From Botryllus schlosseri (Eukaryota), in assembly GCA_051294905.1 (NCBI GenBank), contig CM119376.1, positions 2,108,001-2,172,000 of the forward strand: a DNA stretch of 64,000 bases, read 5' to 3'. This document shows, piece by piece, positions 25,880 through 38,700 of the stretch (position 1 is the stretch's first letter; each line of letters begins with the position of its first letter). The translations under genes and the position numbers were made by a program. The notes under the pieces were generated by a model. It did no database searches. It was not told the origin of the DNA and worked only from the letters and a program-made list of their open reading frames with translations.

Positions 25880-25988
25880 GAAATAGGTATTTCCGGTATT
25901 TGTATCGGCCGATGATATCGGTATCGGCCTTGTGAGTGAGCCGATATATCGGTGTCGGCCTGTAAAAATCAATATCGGTCAACCTCTA
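25880..25988. mobile_element. Right end of a hAT-type MITE
   Basis: ATCGGC/CCGAT repeats ending in ATCGGTCAACCTCTA. No left end found. Confidence 0.5.
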
Positions 25989-26132
25989 CTGGAAACATGT
26001 TCGATTTGACTTAAAGTTCAAGACGTGTCAATTGACGGCATGCAAGCGACAAGTACAGAACAGAAATGAGCTGACTCAACGCTAAATAGCGTAGTTTGCG
26101 CGATCATTGGTTTTCGATTCATTCATTTTGTG

Positions 26133-26654
26133 CAGGACCGTTACTGGGCACCCCAAACCGCTTGTGAGGGCCGAGCTTGAAAAGAGCACAAAATTATTTT
26201 GCAAACGAACATAGATCACAGCGTATTTTCTGAAACATTTTCCAATTTACTTACGTGCTTTGCGCGAATTAGTGTCACTAATTCTTGCTTATTGGGTGCC
26301 CTTCTCTGAGAAACACACATGATTGATAGAAATAGGCATTTCGTCATCAGCGATCACCGCGCCACGACGTACCACCACATAATGAAGTTAGGCTAACATC
26401 GGACTCTGAAAAGTGTGCCAAAATTCGGCAGCGAGAAAACCGAATCAGTCATGAATGATCGTAAATTTTCGCTATTGGCCCGATTAAGCTACATAAACTT
26501 TCTGCTTACACTGAGTACAATGAATGTACAGGTGAAAACATCCACCAAACTGTTGGGTTTAGGGGCGAAGCCCCCGGAAATTTAACTTATCGCTCCGTGG
26601 GAGCCCAAGACCAATGTTTTTGGGTGTGTGCTGACGAAGTGCGTTTCGGCCCGG
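26133..26654. mobile_element. hAT MITE (family H3), diverged
   Basis: Homologous to the ends of 7598-9800 and 34848-35314 (GGAGCCCAAGACCAA...GCTGACGAAGTGC); degenerate TSD. Confidence 0.7.
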
Positions 26655-26729
26655 ATTTGCGGATGGCCTGTATAGTTGCTGTAAGGTGTTTTCTTGCGGC
26701 ACGCATTGTATTTGTAGTTGCCAAAGTAG

Positions 26730-27000
26730 CCTATGCGTGTGGTGGCAGTGGGCAATGAGCAAGGTAGCACGACATGGTGCTTGGTTCGACCCCGAAACGC
26801 TTCTTCTCTCGATATTGTCAAAGATAAGAATATTATTCGGGTTGGCGTGGTCGGTTAAAACCACGGCCTTCTTCGCGAAGGCGAAAGACTGTAAACGACT
26901 CTCGGCGGTAGCACGATTATCTAGACAAGGCAATTTTACCTCGACTAGGCAGACTGACTGCCATAAAATCACATGGATGACATCATGAAGATAATTAATT
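26730..27000 (+). mobile_element. Possible tRNA-derived SINE
   Basis: A-box-like TGGTGGCAGTGG (26740-26751) and B-box GGTTCGACCCC (26783-26793) at tRNA-like spacing. No TSD found. Confidence 0.35.
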
Positions 27001-27667
27001 ACGATCAAACCCCTCTAAATGTCATTCTCGAGCACCATATAATTGCAAAAAACGGTTGCACACTTTACTCTTGGCTTCATTTCAAATTTGAAAGTTCACT
27101 GGTCCGCCAGACATTTTTCGAAATTTTACCGGTCCGCGAGGTCAAAAAGGTTGAGAACCACTAGTCTACACCACTCATTCCCAAATCCCAACACAACCTT
27201 CTTGCGGGTCACATTGACCCCCGAAAATATCAGTTGTTGTTTGTTTCTATAAATATTTCTCGTCAATATCTGTATATCAATGCTATAATAATAAACAATA
27301 ATTGTGTCTCTAAACCAGTCGAAGACTAGCGCCAGAAGTATGTTCGAATACTCGTCAAACAACCGGATATTACTTGCGTTATACTGATGAATGATGATAG
27401 ATTGTTTGTGAGTGTGGATTGTTTCTGTGAAGTGCACATGCCTATACAAATTTCGGTAACATTAAATAATTGCTCACATAACAGTTGGTGAGCATGCTCA
27501 GAATGTTCGGTATGAGTAGCCTATACTTGAGTATTTTCAAGCGGCTCCATGCAGTCACGACACCAAAAAAGGTCGGAAACCACTGATTTACACTGTAAAC
27601 AACAAAATCGTATTTCGCCAATTCTCAGCCTAGAGTAGGGTGTGATCACTAATCAGGTAAATGGCAC

Positions 27668-28649
27668 TAGGGATGGTGTGAACGTGAAGTTCACGTTCGC
27701 GTTCTGTGTGTGAACCTCGGAAATGTAGAGGTTCGCGTTCACAACAGAACCTTGGTAGGTTCTGCACTGTGAACCTTTTTCATATATTAGAATTTTCACT
27801 TCATAGTAACATCTTTGGTTCATATTTATTGCATTTCAACTGTGGGCCACTCTATGCACGGCGCTGGCTGCATTAGAAATCAACACTAAACGAGCATGCT
27901 CCTTGACAATCTCAAAAGTCCTACTTGCTTTGTTACAAAAATTTTCTCGAAATATCCAGCTTTCCGTTTGTGAATATTTAGTGACTTTCTGCTGTGAGTT
28001 TGACCCGCAATCACACGACATCCCTAGCGAAATACGTAGTCAGCGAATGATGCTTATTCAAGCAATCAATGCGATTGATATCGTTTTTGATGCAAAAAAA
28101 TCTATCAGGAGTACGGGGTTAATCTTGACTTCATATCTCTACTGCATCATTAAAATCAAATCCTTGCGAATGAGGTGTTGGCTACTGCTGTATAACTTGT
28201 TAATGGAGTAGTATCGGCAGCAAGTATAGAAACCCGTTTACACGCTTCTCAATATCAATGTAGCGATACTTAGACGCCGAATACATTGTCCGGTGTGGCC
28301 TTAAGGCGTAAGCTTATATTCCCTGGTAAGTCCTCGTCGAAATTGTAGGCAAAGCGACAGAAGATATTGATTTATAGGAGTATCATATCCTTCGATTGCC
28401 TCAGTTGATGCATTTAGCGACGTTTAAAACGCCAACATGTACTTCGGCATTGTGGCATGATGCGGCCCCAGTCGTCGCCAGGTACCATGTACATTAATAT
28501 ACGATATCACTTCATTGAAAGATAGGGTTGGAATTAGCAATATGACGTAACGTGACGTCATGAGGTTCGCGTTCGTGTTCACACAGAACCTTTCAAAAAG
28601 GTTCGCGTTCACACGAACCTGAACCTTTCAGAGGTTCACACCATCCCTA
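27668..28649. mobile_element. hAT MITE (family H2)
   Basis: TAGGGATGGTGTGAAC ... GTTCACACCATCCCTA; perfect TSD AATGGCAC. Confidence 0.93.
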
Positions 28650-30026
28650 AATGGCACTACCAAAATGTGCGTTCCCACCCTATGAACTGGTAAAAATGAG
28701 TAAAAACACAAATTTAGTACCGAATTATATCCCTGGCGTGTACAGGATGCTGTCTTCATGTAGGCTACCTCCCCAAAAACATGAAAGTGGTGGTGCACGT
28801 TGACGCTATCCACTATAAATCCCTGGGAAATATCATCATAAGGAGTCTTGAGAGATACATTTTCAGGCATTGGCTGGGCGTGAAAGCTCACTTTGTTACC
28901 TGAAAGGTCTATGCCCCAGGATATGGCAGAAGTATTATAAATACGCCTATGTTCCATCCATGGATTTAAGCTGTAGTGTAGACGTTCCAAAGCTAACTCA
29001 TTCAAAATGCACGTTTTATGTTTTGAATTTCAAGCAACCTTTCGCGGGCCGCACAGAATAGCTTGGCGGGCCGCACTTTGCCCAGGTCTGAATTAGATGA
29101 AAGATATTAAAATCGTGCTTATGGATTGTCAAGTATAGAGACAAGTGCTCTATTTGATTGCGGTATAAAATATGGTCGTCTATCTATCTAAGGCAGCAAG
29201 GCAGGGGTGTCAAACTCAACAACTTCGGTCGCGAGCTGGGTTCAAAAATTTTGATCGCTTTCAGGCCGGACTAGTCATATGATTCCTGTATGTTACCTCC
29301 AAATCCATAACTTTGCTATTCACTGGAATGATTCATTATCAACGCCATGCATAATAGTATTATACATTATATAGCGGTCCATGTGAGCTGTTGATCCAAT
29401 TCGGACAACACGGTTTTTCACAAGCAATGGAATTGACAATTACACGATAATTTCTCGGTTGAATACAGTTATAAATCAACAAAATAATGACGATATAAGT
29501 TGGCGTTTACGCTTCAGTGAATGAATATTATAATTTGGTTCATATCTCCAGAAAACTCTGAACTGAGATGTGCACCTTTTTGTCTTAGCAGAATGTAGTG
29601 TCAATGTCACCAAATTATTTCTGTTGGTAGACCTGAGTGAAAACTCAACGCCGACGACTAAGGGCTATAATGCGTCCTAAAAATATGCTCGATATTAGCT
29701 GTTTTGAGGGTTGATTTATGCCAAAGTATTTTTTTGACTAATAATCCCAACTTTCGATCGAAATGTGCTAAGTAATACTGTAATTTCCTATTTCCTGCGG
29801 GCAGGAAGTATATGGACTTTATGATCGAAAACGAACCACAATACCATTGCGCGTGAAATCCCAGTTTTGTTTAATTTTACATGCAAAGAAAACTGGCTTG
29901 GGTTCAATATCTTTAATCGGAAATCTCAATACTGAATGTAAATTGTAGTGTATACATGTCCATATCTTATTCATAACCAATATATAATCAATACTGTAGA
30001 ACTTCGACATCATTGAAGATAATATT

Positions 30027-32120
30027 TTAGCATTGCCTCATTTCCATCCGCATGCTGACGTGACCATAATAGGTCAAAGGCTGAATTCGAATGTATCGCG
30101 CGGTGATTGGTGCGATGAATAAGTTCTCGACGATGGTGTTTCTGTCCGAATTTCCATTGAATACCTTAAATAGAAAGAGACAAGCGACTCCAGACATGGG
30201 GCGATCGGCTGCAGTAAACTACGCTGTCGGATATGTTCATCGTCACGACCATCAGCTTAGTGTAGGCAATGTTCCGGAAAATATGTTAATTTCGAAATAG
30301 TCCTAGTTTTCAACACATTTACATTCATCGAGTTATACTCGAAGTATGGAATCCATTAACTGTGGAGAGACACCTGCGAGGTTACTCCTAAACATTATAA
30401 TCGAATCTAAATAATTCCAATATAATATCGCATCAAATGTCTTATTGTGGATCGCAATCGAATTTTCTCGGGACACATTCGTAACTGCTGGAAATCAATA
30501 TATAATACATAAATATATTCAGCTGATGAGATGAAGCTCACTCAAAGCCTGAATTCAGGCTGCGACATAGCATGCTGCGGATAAGCAAGTTATTCATTCT
30601 TTCACCCTATCACTGACGTTCGCTACTGATGAGAGTCTGTCGAAAGGCTTGTTGCGAATAAACTAACAATATGAGTACGGTATGGCTCTTTGTCAATTTT
30701 AAATCTTTGTACTTAATTTATCGATATTGCAGCAACTTGATAGTAAATTTTCACCAAAGCCAGAATATTTTTTCTCGTGACAGCAAAACTTTACTTTGAG
30801 AATTCTATGTGACTGTAAGTTTGAATATATTATTTTTTTCATAACGTACCATATATAAACGTGATTAACGTGATATTTATTATTATTATTTATTATTATT
30901 AACGTGATTCATTTAGGGGTCTGCATTAGTTGTAAGAACGTCCTTACCTTCGGCTCGCCTTGCTCTGAATAATGCTGCAACCCTCTTGGGTCAGATCCGT
31001 AGAGCACGTAAAACGTTTTCACCCATTGGTTAGCGTCCGCCCGGCCTTGCGTTACAACTCCTGCAATTTTTCTGGGTACGAGGAAATCAACCTGCAGCCA
31101 TGGATTTCCGTCGTCTGTTAAGCAATACGAATGATTCGGAAACGTTGTCAGATTACATCTCAGTGCTGATGTTCTCACTTGTCGTGGCACACCATGCTGT
31201 CGCGGAATTGAGAACACTGTTTGGGCAGTGTGGGTGTACCGAAGAAGCGGAAATTTGTGTCGGTCTGATTTTTCCGGTTGATAGACCCATGTAACACATT
31301 CCTGAGAGCGTCAAAGTATATCCTTCTCAGTATTTATGATATATTTGTATGGCTATCGACAGGAATCGGAGGGATCAGGGAAAACTACAACGAACCAACG
31401 CCTCAACGGTCGGTTCTTCAAGGAAAAATAATTTCATCAATTTTTCATTACTGAAACGAAAATCTGGATCTTTTTAGAGTGAAATTGTGTAATATTTTGT
31501 TTCTATTTCTCGCCGACTAAACCTGTATCGATTCCCTATGTATGAACCTCAAATATAACCAAAACGCTTCATATGGTTTCTTGATCGGATATATCAAATT
31601 TGATCTATAACATTCCCAATAGACAGTCTTAACAGTAATTTCTTATCGAGTTCTTTCCTGCCCTCTACTTAAACACGAGGAATAATAAATATTATTTCAG
31701 AGTTAGTTTGGCGCAACTTGGACAGATCCTGTTCTTTACCTGGAGATCTTTTAATACCGTCAACCAAGTCTGAAAAAATACTGAGATCAGTAAGGAATTC
31801 ATTACGTATTCACCATTCCCGCAATACACAATACCTTTCAAATCCTGTAGCTGTGGAATAATTTCGGCGAGATTGCAAGAACAGGTACCCTGCTCCCCCT
31901 TTGGGCCCGACGGCCCAGGTGGGCCAGTGGCTCCACGTTTTCCTGGACGCCCTTTGCGGCCTGATGAATTCCTCTCACCATCAGAGAAGAAAGCCTCTTG
32001 ACCTGCCGTTACCAAATCTTGAACCGCTGTCAATGTATCTTCGCATGTACTGTCACACAGGCCGGATATAGTACAGCTCAGAACGACACAAATCGCCTGC
32101 AGCAATTTATGATCACCCAT
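30027..32120 (-). CDS. Secreted collagen + F5/8 type C (discoidin) protein, 247 aa, 5 exons
   Basis: Exons 32120-31835, 31769-31740, 31301-31179, 31114-30948, 30164-30027. All introns are GT-AG, phases are compatible (1,1,1,0), and the 744 nt are open. Signal peptide; 8 Gly-X-Y triplets; CSC plus heptad-like neck; F5/8C motifs PWLQVDF, GVVTQGR, QWVKTF, FNGNSDRNT, ARYIRIQP, SMRMEM..C. Confidence 0.9.
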
Positions 32121-32948
32121 CTTTATTTTTCAATCAAACGATAATTTATGATCTGAAGATAGTAGATATTCTTAGAGGTACAGAAATGTAGTATACAATT
32201 GAATATTATATTCATAAATCGGAATATTTTCGGCTGACACCCGTTGGGTGTAGAAGCACGAGCTGGTTTGAAAGGAGTTCGTGTATAATTTAAAAATAGT
32301 TCATTGAGCCCAAGGCATCTGTTAACCCCGATTATTCAAAATTGGTATACAAGTGACGTCATAATTGGCGATCAGACTTTTGATATGTTAAGTTACCATC
32401 CGAAAATATTTCGGTTTCTCTCTATGTGAATGAACTATCAATGGTAAATTATAAGTTTGTATCAAATTGGCCCAATAAGTAATTAACGCAGGATATACCG
32501 TGATCGGATTTTAATGCATATGACTCGGAATTAGGCGCTTCGACGATTCCGATCTCTGTACCAGATATCGTCAAGACAAACGACGTTTGCCTTACGCCGA
32601 TCGATGCACGACTGAACTCATCTCCTATACTTGGCACGTTATAAAGTGAAGATGACATTTGTTCCTTGCAAGACGACAGATTCAGCAAATGACACAGTTT
32701 CGTTACGATTGTCCAGACGAGTTTCACATCATTTTAATGCTTTACTCTGTCGTCAATTACTTGGCAGACGCGCTTGCAAGAACGTGGTGGAGTTATAGAA
32801 AATTCAACACATCGATGTCATATAATATCAAATCTTATATCTTGACCATACATAGAGGTAAGTAACTGAATAGCCTGTGTAGCTTTTATTGCGTGCGTGT
32901 CACGACTCATCTCTGGGATTTATGCCCAATTGCAGGAGTAGTATAGAG

Positions 32949-33420
32949 CAGGGGCATAAAACATACTGCCCACGGGTCCCATTCGGCCCGCCCGACGATT
33001 TCATCCGGCCCTCAAAGCAATTTGAGTAGATCGAAAAATGTTTATATTAACCAGTAAATTTGTAACAAATGTTGAGATTTTTATGCAGGAAATGCTTCCG
33101 TTAAATAATCCCTCATTACAGCAAATTCGAGCATGCTCATAGGCCGCATTATAACCATCCGACTGCGGTGTTGCAATTCCACTTCAGTTACCATTAGAGA
33201 GAAGTCACTGTCACTGACATTGACACCCACTTTCTAGTAGCTGAAAAGTGTACACACGTATTACGGACCAAAAATTAGTTATTGACAGAGGCAAAAACGC
33301 AAATGCGAAATCGTCATATGCAATTTACATTGGGAATATAATAATAATAATAAGAATATAATTCAAATATCTATGGTCGCATTGCTGTGTCACTTCACTA
33401 CCGACTTGAAGGGTCCCCTG
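32949..33420. mobile_element. hAT MITE fragment (CAGGGGCATAAAAC end)
   Basis: Terminal motif at 32949; colinear with the copy starting CAGGGGAGTCAAAC at 40798. Right end not located. Confidence 0.6.
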
Positions 33421-34847
33421 ACTTCGGCGAAATCCCAGCCAGCTGCCCCCAGTCTCATCATGCCATCTCCAGCCATACCACCAGGTTTGGACAACAAAAT
33501 AATTCTGGTAGTTTAATTAGACTAATTAGAGTGAAATGCCAGTAATCTAGTTTGAATAGTTATTTATGAAACGTTTCTATGCTCTAATTACATTTCCAAT
33601 CTAATTTCTGTTTTTTCTTGGAAATGCTACAGACGAACGGCATCGTTCAAAGTATATAAGCCGAGCTTGCTATACAGATATTTTCCAATGCCATGCTTAT
33701 GAATACGAGCTCTGATTTGATATGAGCTGATTTTGAGTTAATTTCCAAGTTTTCGTGAATTCAGTTATTCTAATTCTATTAATATAATATAGGAAAACCA
33801 GTATAGCTCTAATTTGAATTCTAATTCTAATCTAATATCGAAAAATGTTCAAGTTCAATTCGAATTCAAATTCTTATCTAGTTTAGAAAGCTGCAAACTT
33901 TTTAGTTGTCCGCAAGGCTACATACCACGTGCAACATAAGCTATAAAAGGAAATACAATAGACTCTAAAAATCACGGGATTCCACACATGTAAAAGGTCA
34001 ATGAAACTACAATTGGTTGACCACGACGTTACATAAAAACCCCGCCCTCCAGATACAGATATGCACATTGCGCAATATTATTTCCCCTGTAAGAGTAGCA
34101 TTTTGATATCAAGAATTTCGAGCTTCTGACTTCCGCATCCACGGTGAATTGTTGTCACTCGTGGATGAATACACAGTTCCCAACACAATAAAAGGAGTTG
34201 CTCGTGCAATTTAGCACGCTATTCGGCCACCCATTAGTAGATACAGAAATTCTCCGGAAGTGGTTATAAATCTCGCATCGACAAATTATCGACGATCATC
34301 CAGCGACGGCGACTTCGCCATTCAGTTGGCAATAAATCGTCCTGTAAATAATTTGAGCAACGTTTGAATCTTCCAGCAGACGAATATTAACATTGTGAAC
34401 ATGAACGACACCGAAACAAATACTTTTCGTGTCACAGTATAATTTACCGACGGTAAAGTTATCTTCCATTAGTTAAGCTCGCTCAATATTATAGTTCTGT
34501 GACTTCGGGAATCAAGTAAAATAAGTGTCTTAATCATGCACAGTAGATGGTGATTACATTTGATAAATTTTATAAACCGCCCATTCCTAACGCATTCATC
34601 AAATAGCAACTGGATCCTTATATTGTTTTCAATTCAAAATTCGAGGAAGTAAAAGATATGTAACCGTGAGTAATCGCGTTTACTTTTCCACGTGATCGTA
34701 ATCGTAATCGAATTCTTAGAGATTTTACTGTAATCAGAATCGCGTGATTCAGAAGTAGTCGCAATTGCAATCGATTACTGTGATGAATTTGTAGTTTATT
34801 AACAACAGAAAATCTGTAAGTGTAACTGTTTGACTACTCCATGTAGT

Positions 34848-35314
34848 CAGGGCCTCAAGTGTCGCCCCCATAACCCCCCAATTGTGTGTGTGTTTGGGGG
34901 GGGGGCGAGATCGAAAGGGGCCCCAAATTATTTAGTTAAATAGCATAAATTATATATTTCTTTTGAAAATTTATACAACTTGTAATGTTGCCAAATATCC
35001 GGATTGTTGGGTATTGTCCACCCCCCTAAAAATACTCATGATTTATAGAAATGGACATTTCAGCGTCGGCCATTACCGCGGCACGACGCAACACAGGTAC
35101 AGTTTTAGATCATGTAACATGCGACTCGAAGAAGTGTGTCAGAATGATCGGCGGCGAGAAAACTTCGATATGCAATTATACCATAGGCGGATAGGCCTAT
35201 ATGTTTAATAGTCCATAGGCGCCTAAATGGCTGGTACGGTTTATCACCCTATGGGGGCCCAAGACCAACGTTTTTGTTTGGGGGGGAGGCTGACGAAGTG
35301 CTGTTACGGTCCTG
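34848..35314. mobile_element. hAT MITE (family H3)
   Basis: CAGGGCC... / ...GTTACGGTCCTG; perfect TSD CATGTAGT. Confidence 0.9.
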
Positions 35315-35776
35315 CATGTAGTCATGTCTCTTTTTTTGTTTGCTCGTGTGATCATTAAATTGCTAGTACACCGATAAGCTCTAACGTCCGAATTTGATTC
35401 ACGGTTTGACTTCTGCAACTGATTATTATAGTCGGTAGCAAATGAATTCGTACCAAGTTATTTCTTAATGCCTGTCAAAAATTGTGTATCTCGAATGACT
35501 TGTGCAATAGATAATATTGTAGTAGTCTCCATAACGCCCGCCGACTCATCCAAATATACAAAACATGTTTGTAAACACTTTATCGAGAACATATTTGGAA
35601 ACGTAGTATTGTTTCAAGCAACAATTTCCTTGCATTCCCATTAAAACGCATCGCAGTGCACTCAACACTTCTGGCCTGCTTAAGAACGGTAAATATATAT
35701 CTCCATAAAACATACATGTTATGACAGAGGCGCCCGACAACACTAAATGCCTTATGCCCACGTTTTATAGTCGAGG

Positions 35777-38700
35777 TCAGATTACGCCGCACAATCCAAT
35801 CCTATATACGGGAGCATATGTTTGGTACATATGTTTACTATACATAGTATTAAATATACTTGAGGTGTTGATGGTTGCATGGACAACTGCGTAACCTCCG
35901 TGTCGCTTGACGTGCAGACATCTCATCCAGTCTGGTCTTCTCGATTTTTGACCGATGAAAGAGAAAGAATCACGTACGGCTGAAAATGCATGAATTATAA
36001 AGCGCATACATTTGAGGGCCGAAATGTAGTTGTTGATTGGAAAATATTAACAATATAAAATGAAAGGCTGGCATATGAAACTAACTTCGTTCCGTGCTCT
36101 CGATGCACTGACAGGTATATTGATCGATAGCTTTAATGAGGGGGCGGCAATCAACAGAAGAATAGCATCTGAGGACAGCTTCCAGTTTCCAATTATGGGT
36201 TTTGACTACTCTAAGCAAACTGTAATAATTTATACCCCGTGTTGCGAAAGACCAAAAGGGAGAAGGGGTGTTCATTTTCGTCTGCACCATCGATGTCCAA
36301 TATGTGCTCAGATACGGACCTGTCTATGATTAATGAGTCAGTAGCATAGTTTATTTCCACACATTCGTGGTGTTTCTCAGCCAATAGACCTGTTCCGTAT
36401 GCAAGTCATCTCAGATCTGAAGCAGCAGTGGCTCGAAATCATGATACTGACCAAGAACTTGGCTGTCTAGTAGGGATGGTGTAAACGTGAGGTTCACATT
36501 CGCGTTCTGTGTGTGAACCTCTGAAATTTAGAGGTTCACGTTCACAAACGAACCTTGGTAGGTTCTGCATTGTGAAAATTTTTCATATATTGCAATTTCC
36601 ACTTCATTATAACATATTTTGTTGAACTTTATTGTATTTCAACTGCGGGTCACTCTATGCATGGCGCTTGCTTTGTTACAAAAGTTTGCTCGAAACATCA
36701 AGCTTTCCATTTGTAAATATTTATTGACTCTCTGATGTGAACTTGACCGGCAATCACACAACATCAAGAGCGAAACACACTACATGTAGTCAGCAAATGA
36801 AGCTTATTTCACCAATCCATGAGATGGATATCGTTGTCTGACGTAAAAAATCTAGTAGGCGTTCGGGGTAAATCTTGACTTCATATGTTTATTGTATCAT
36901 CAAAACCAAATTCGTGCGATTGGGGTGTTGGCTACGGCTGTATAACTTGTTAATCGGGTCAAGTCAAATCCTTGCAAGTCCTCGTCGAAATTGTTGGCAA
37001 AGCGACGCAAGACATTGATTTTATAGGACTGTTATATCATTTGACTGCCTCAGTTGATACATTTAGCGACGTTAAAAACGTCATTATTGCTTCAGCATTC
37101 TGGCAATATGTGGCCCGAGTCGTCGCTAGGTATCGTGTATAGGCTATCACGTCATTGAAATATAAGGTTGGAGTTAGCGATATGACGTCACGTGACGTCA
37201 TGAGGTTCACGTTCGCGCTCACACAGAACCTTTCAAAAAGGTTCGCGTTCACACGAACCTGAACCTTTCAGAGGTTCACACCATCGCTATCGTCCATGCT
37301 AGGTTATATGGATGGCGATAGGCTAACATTTCGTCAGTCGGTTCTATCGCTAATGTCCAATTTTCAATCGGTTTTTCAAATAAACTGATCTCATAAAAAT
37401 CATGAGGCGGTTCTATAGAACGTTTGAATCCGTTGACTGGCTATACGCCATCTCAACAGTATATTAGCATAACAACAATGTTCTTACCGACATGAGCGAG
37501 GTCGCACGACACACCAACAGCTCCTAATCCTTTTCGCGCGTGAGAGGATATTCGAATGCACTGTCTTGTCTGTTTGAACAGCAGTGTCTTGAACGGCAAT
37601 TGCTACGACTGAATATGCCTGCAGACTATCCAGAAACGAGGACATTTGCGGCGACTATGCTCATCGAAAGCATTTCGAGTTTGCATAGAAAATGAGATAA
37701 GTGAAAGATAGATCAGAGCATGAGTTATATATGCTGTATAAATATGTATATCAATACTTGTCCAGCAGCATCGACGTATGTGTCGAAACTGGCGGCTTTG
37801 AATGTGAGGGAATGCGGATCGAAACTCAGGACACAAAATCCTCTCCCTCTAGAAGCTTTCTCAATCCCATTCACTGTTACGCTGCAGTACCATCCGTCAT
37901 CCGCCCCTCGTGACGTCACAACGAATTTGTGACTGGTTGGAGCTGAAATTTATCAAACCGCTGAAATAGTGAGCGACACATTTTAAGTGAGATAGAAGAA
38001 TTGGTGTGCCACGCTGAAAATGATGGGGTATTACTTCGAAATCAAGAAGGGCGGATTAGAATATCTAGCATCTCAAATGTAGGAATATATGTTGTAACTT
38101 TTATATTTTTGCTATCTAGTTATTTCAAATTATGTTTACTTTTATTTTTTCTACATAGCTCGTATAAAATAGCCAATCAAAAGCCAACTGACCAATTGGA
38201 ATTAATCCTTATCAATCAATAAATATAAAATATATCAAATGAAATTTCTTCTTACCGTAGCAACCTTCATGTACTAGGTCTATCCTTAAGCAAGGTCTCC
38301 CATGCCATGTCTTTGGTATGATACGAATTGAACGACAGGAGATTGTCTCAGAAAATATGTTGAATACTTTTGTATCCCGGTTCGAGTTTCCGGTGAATGT
38401 CTAAATTAATTATTTTGTAGTTGCTTTCATGTGGTAAGCATTTCAGCAGGTATGCCCTGTAAGTTCCGCTATATTCGTCAAATAACTTTTTTTAGCACAT
38501 GAATATTACACCAGCTTACCATATTCTATACCACTGTTACGATTTATTCCAGTATACTAGAATTATAATTCAGTAAATGGACTTCAGACGAGGAGACTCG
38601 GGAACGAACCAGCATCGTACTTCAATTTATGCGCGAGTTGAACATATGATACAGAAGGCATGGTCAAACGTCGAATGGCGATGCCCTTGTAGTGTGGTTA

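Noticed and set aside
28628-29005. 125-aa minus-strand ORF as a gene
   Set aside because: No recognisable domain, it runs into an H2 MITE end, and no partner exons were found.
32449-32727. 92-aa ORF as a further exon of the discoidin genes
   Set aside because: No domain motif, and the downstream gene has its own ATG and signal peptide.
33883-34340. GPCR-like fragment (NPVIF)
   Set aside because: Single weak motif, stops in every frame, no consistent exon chain.
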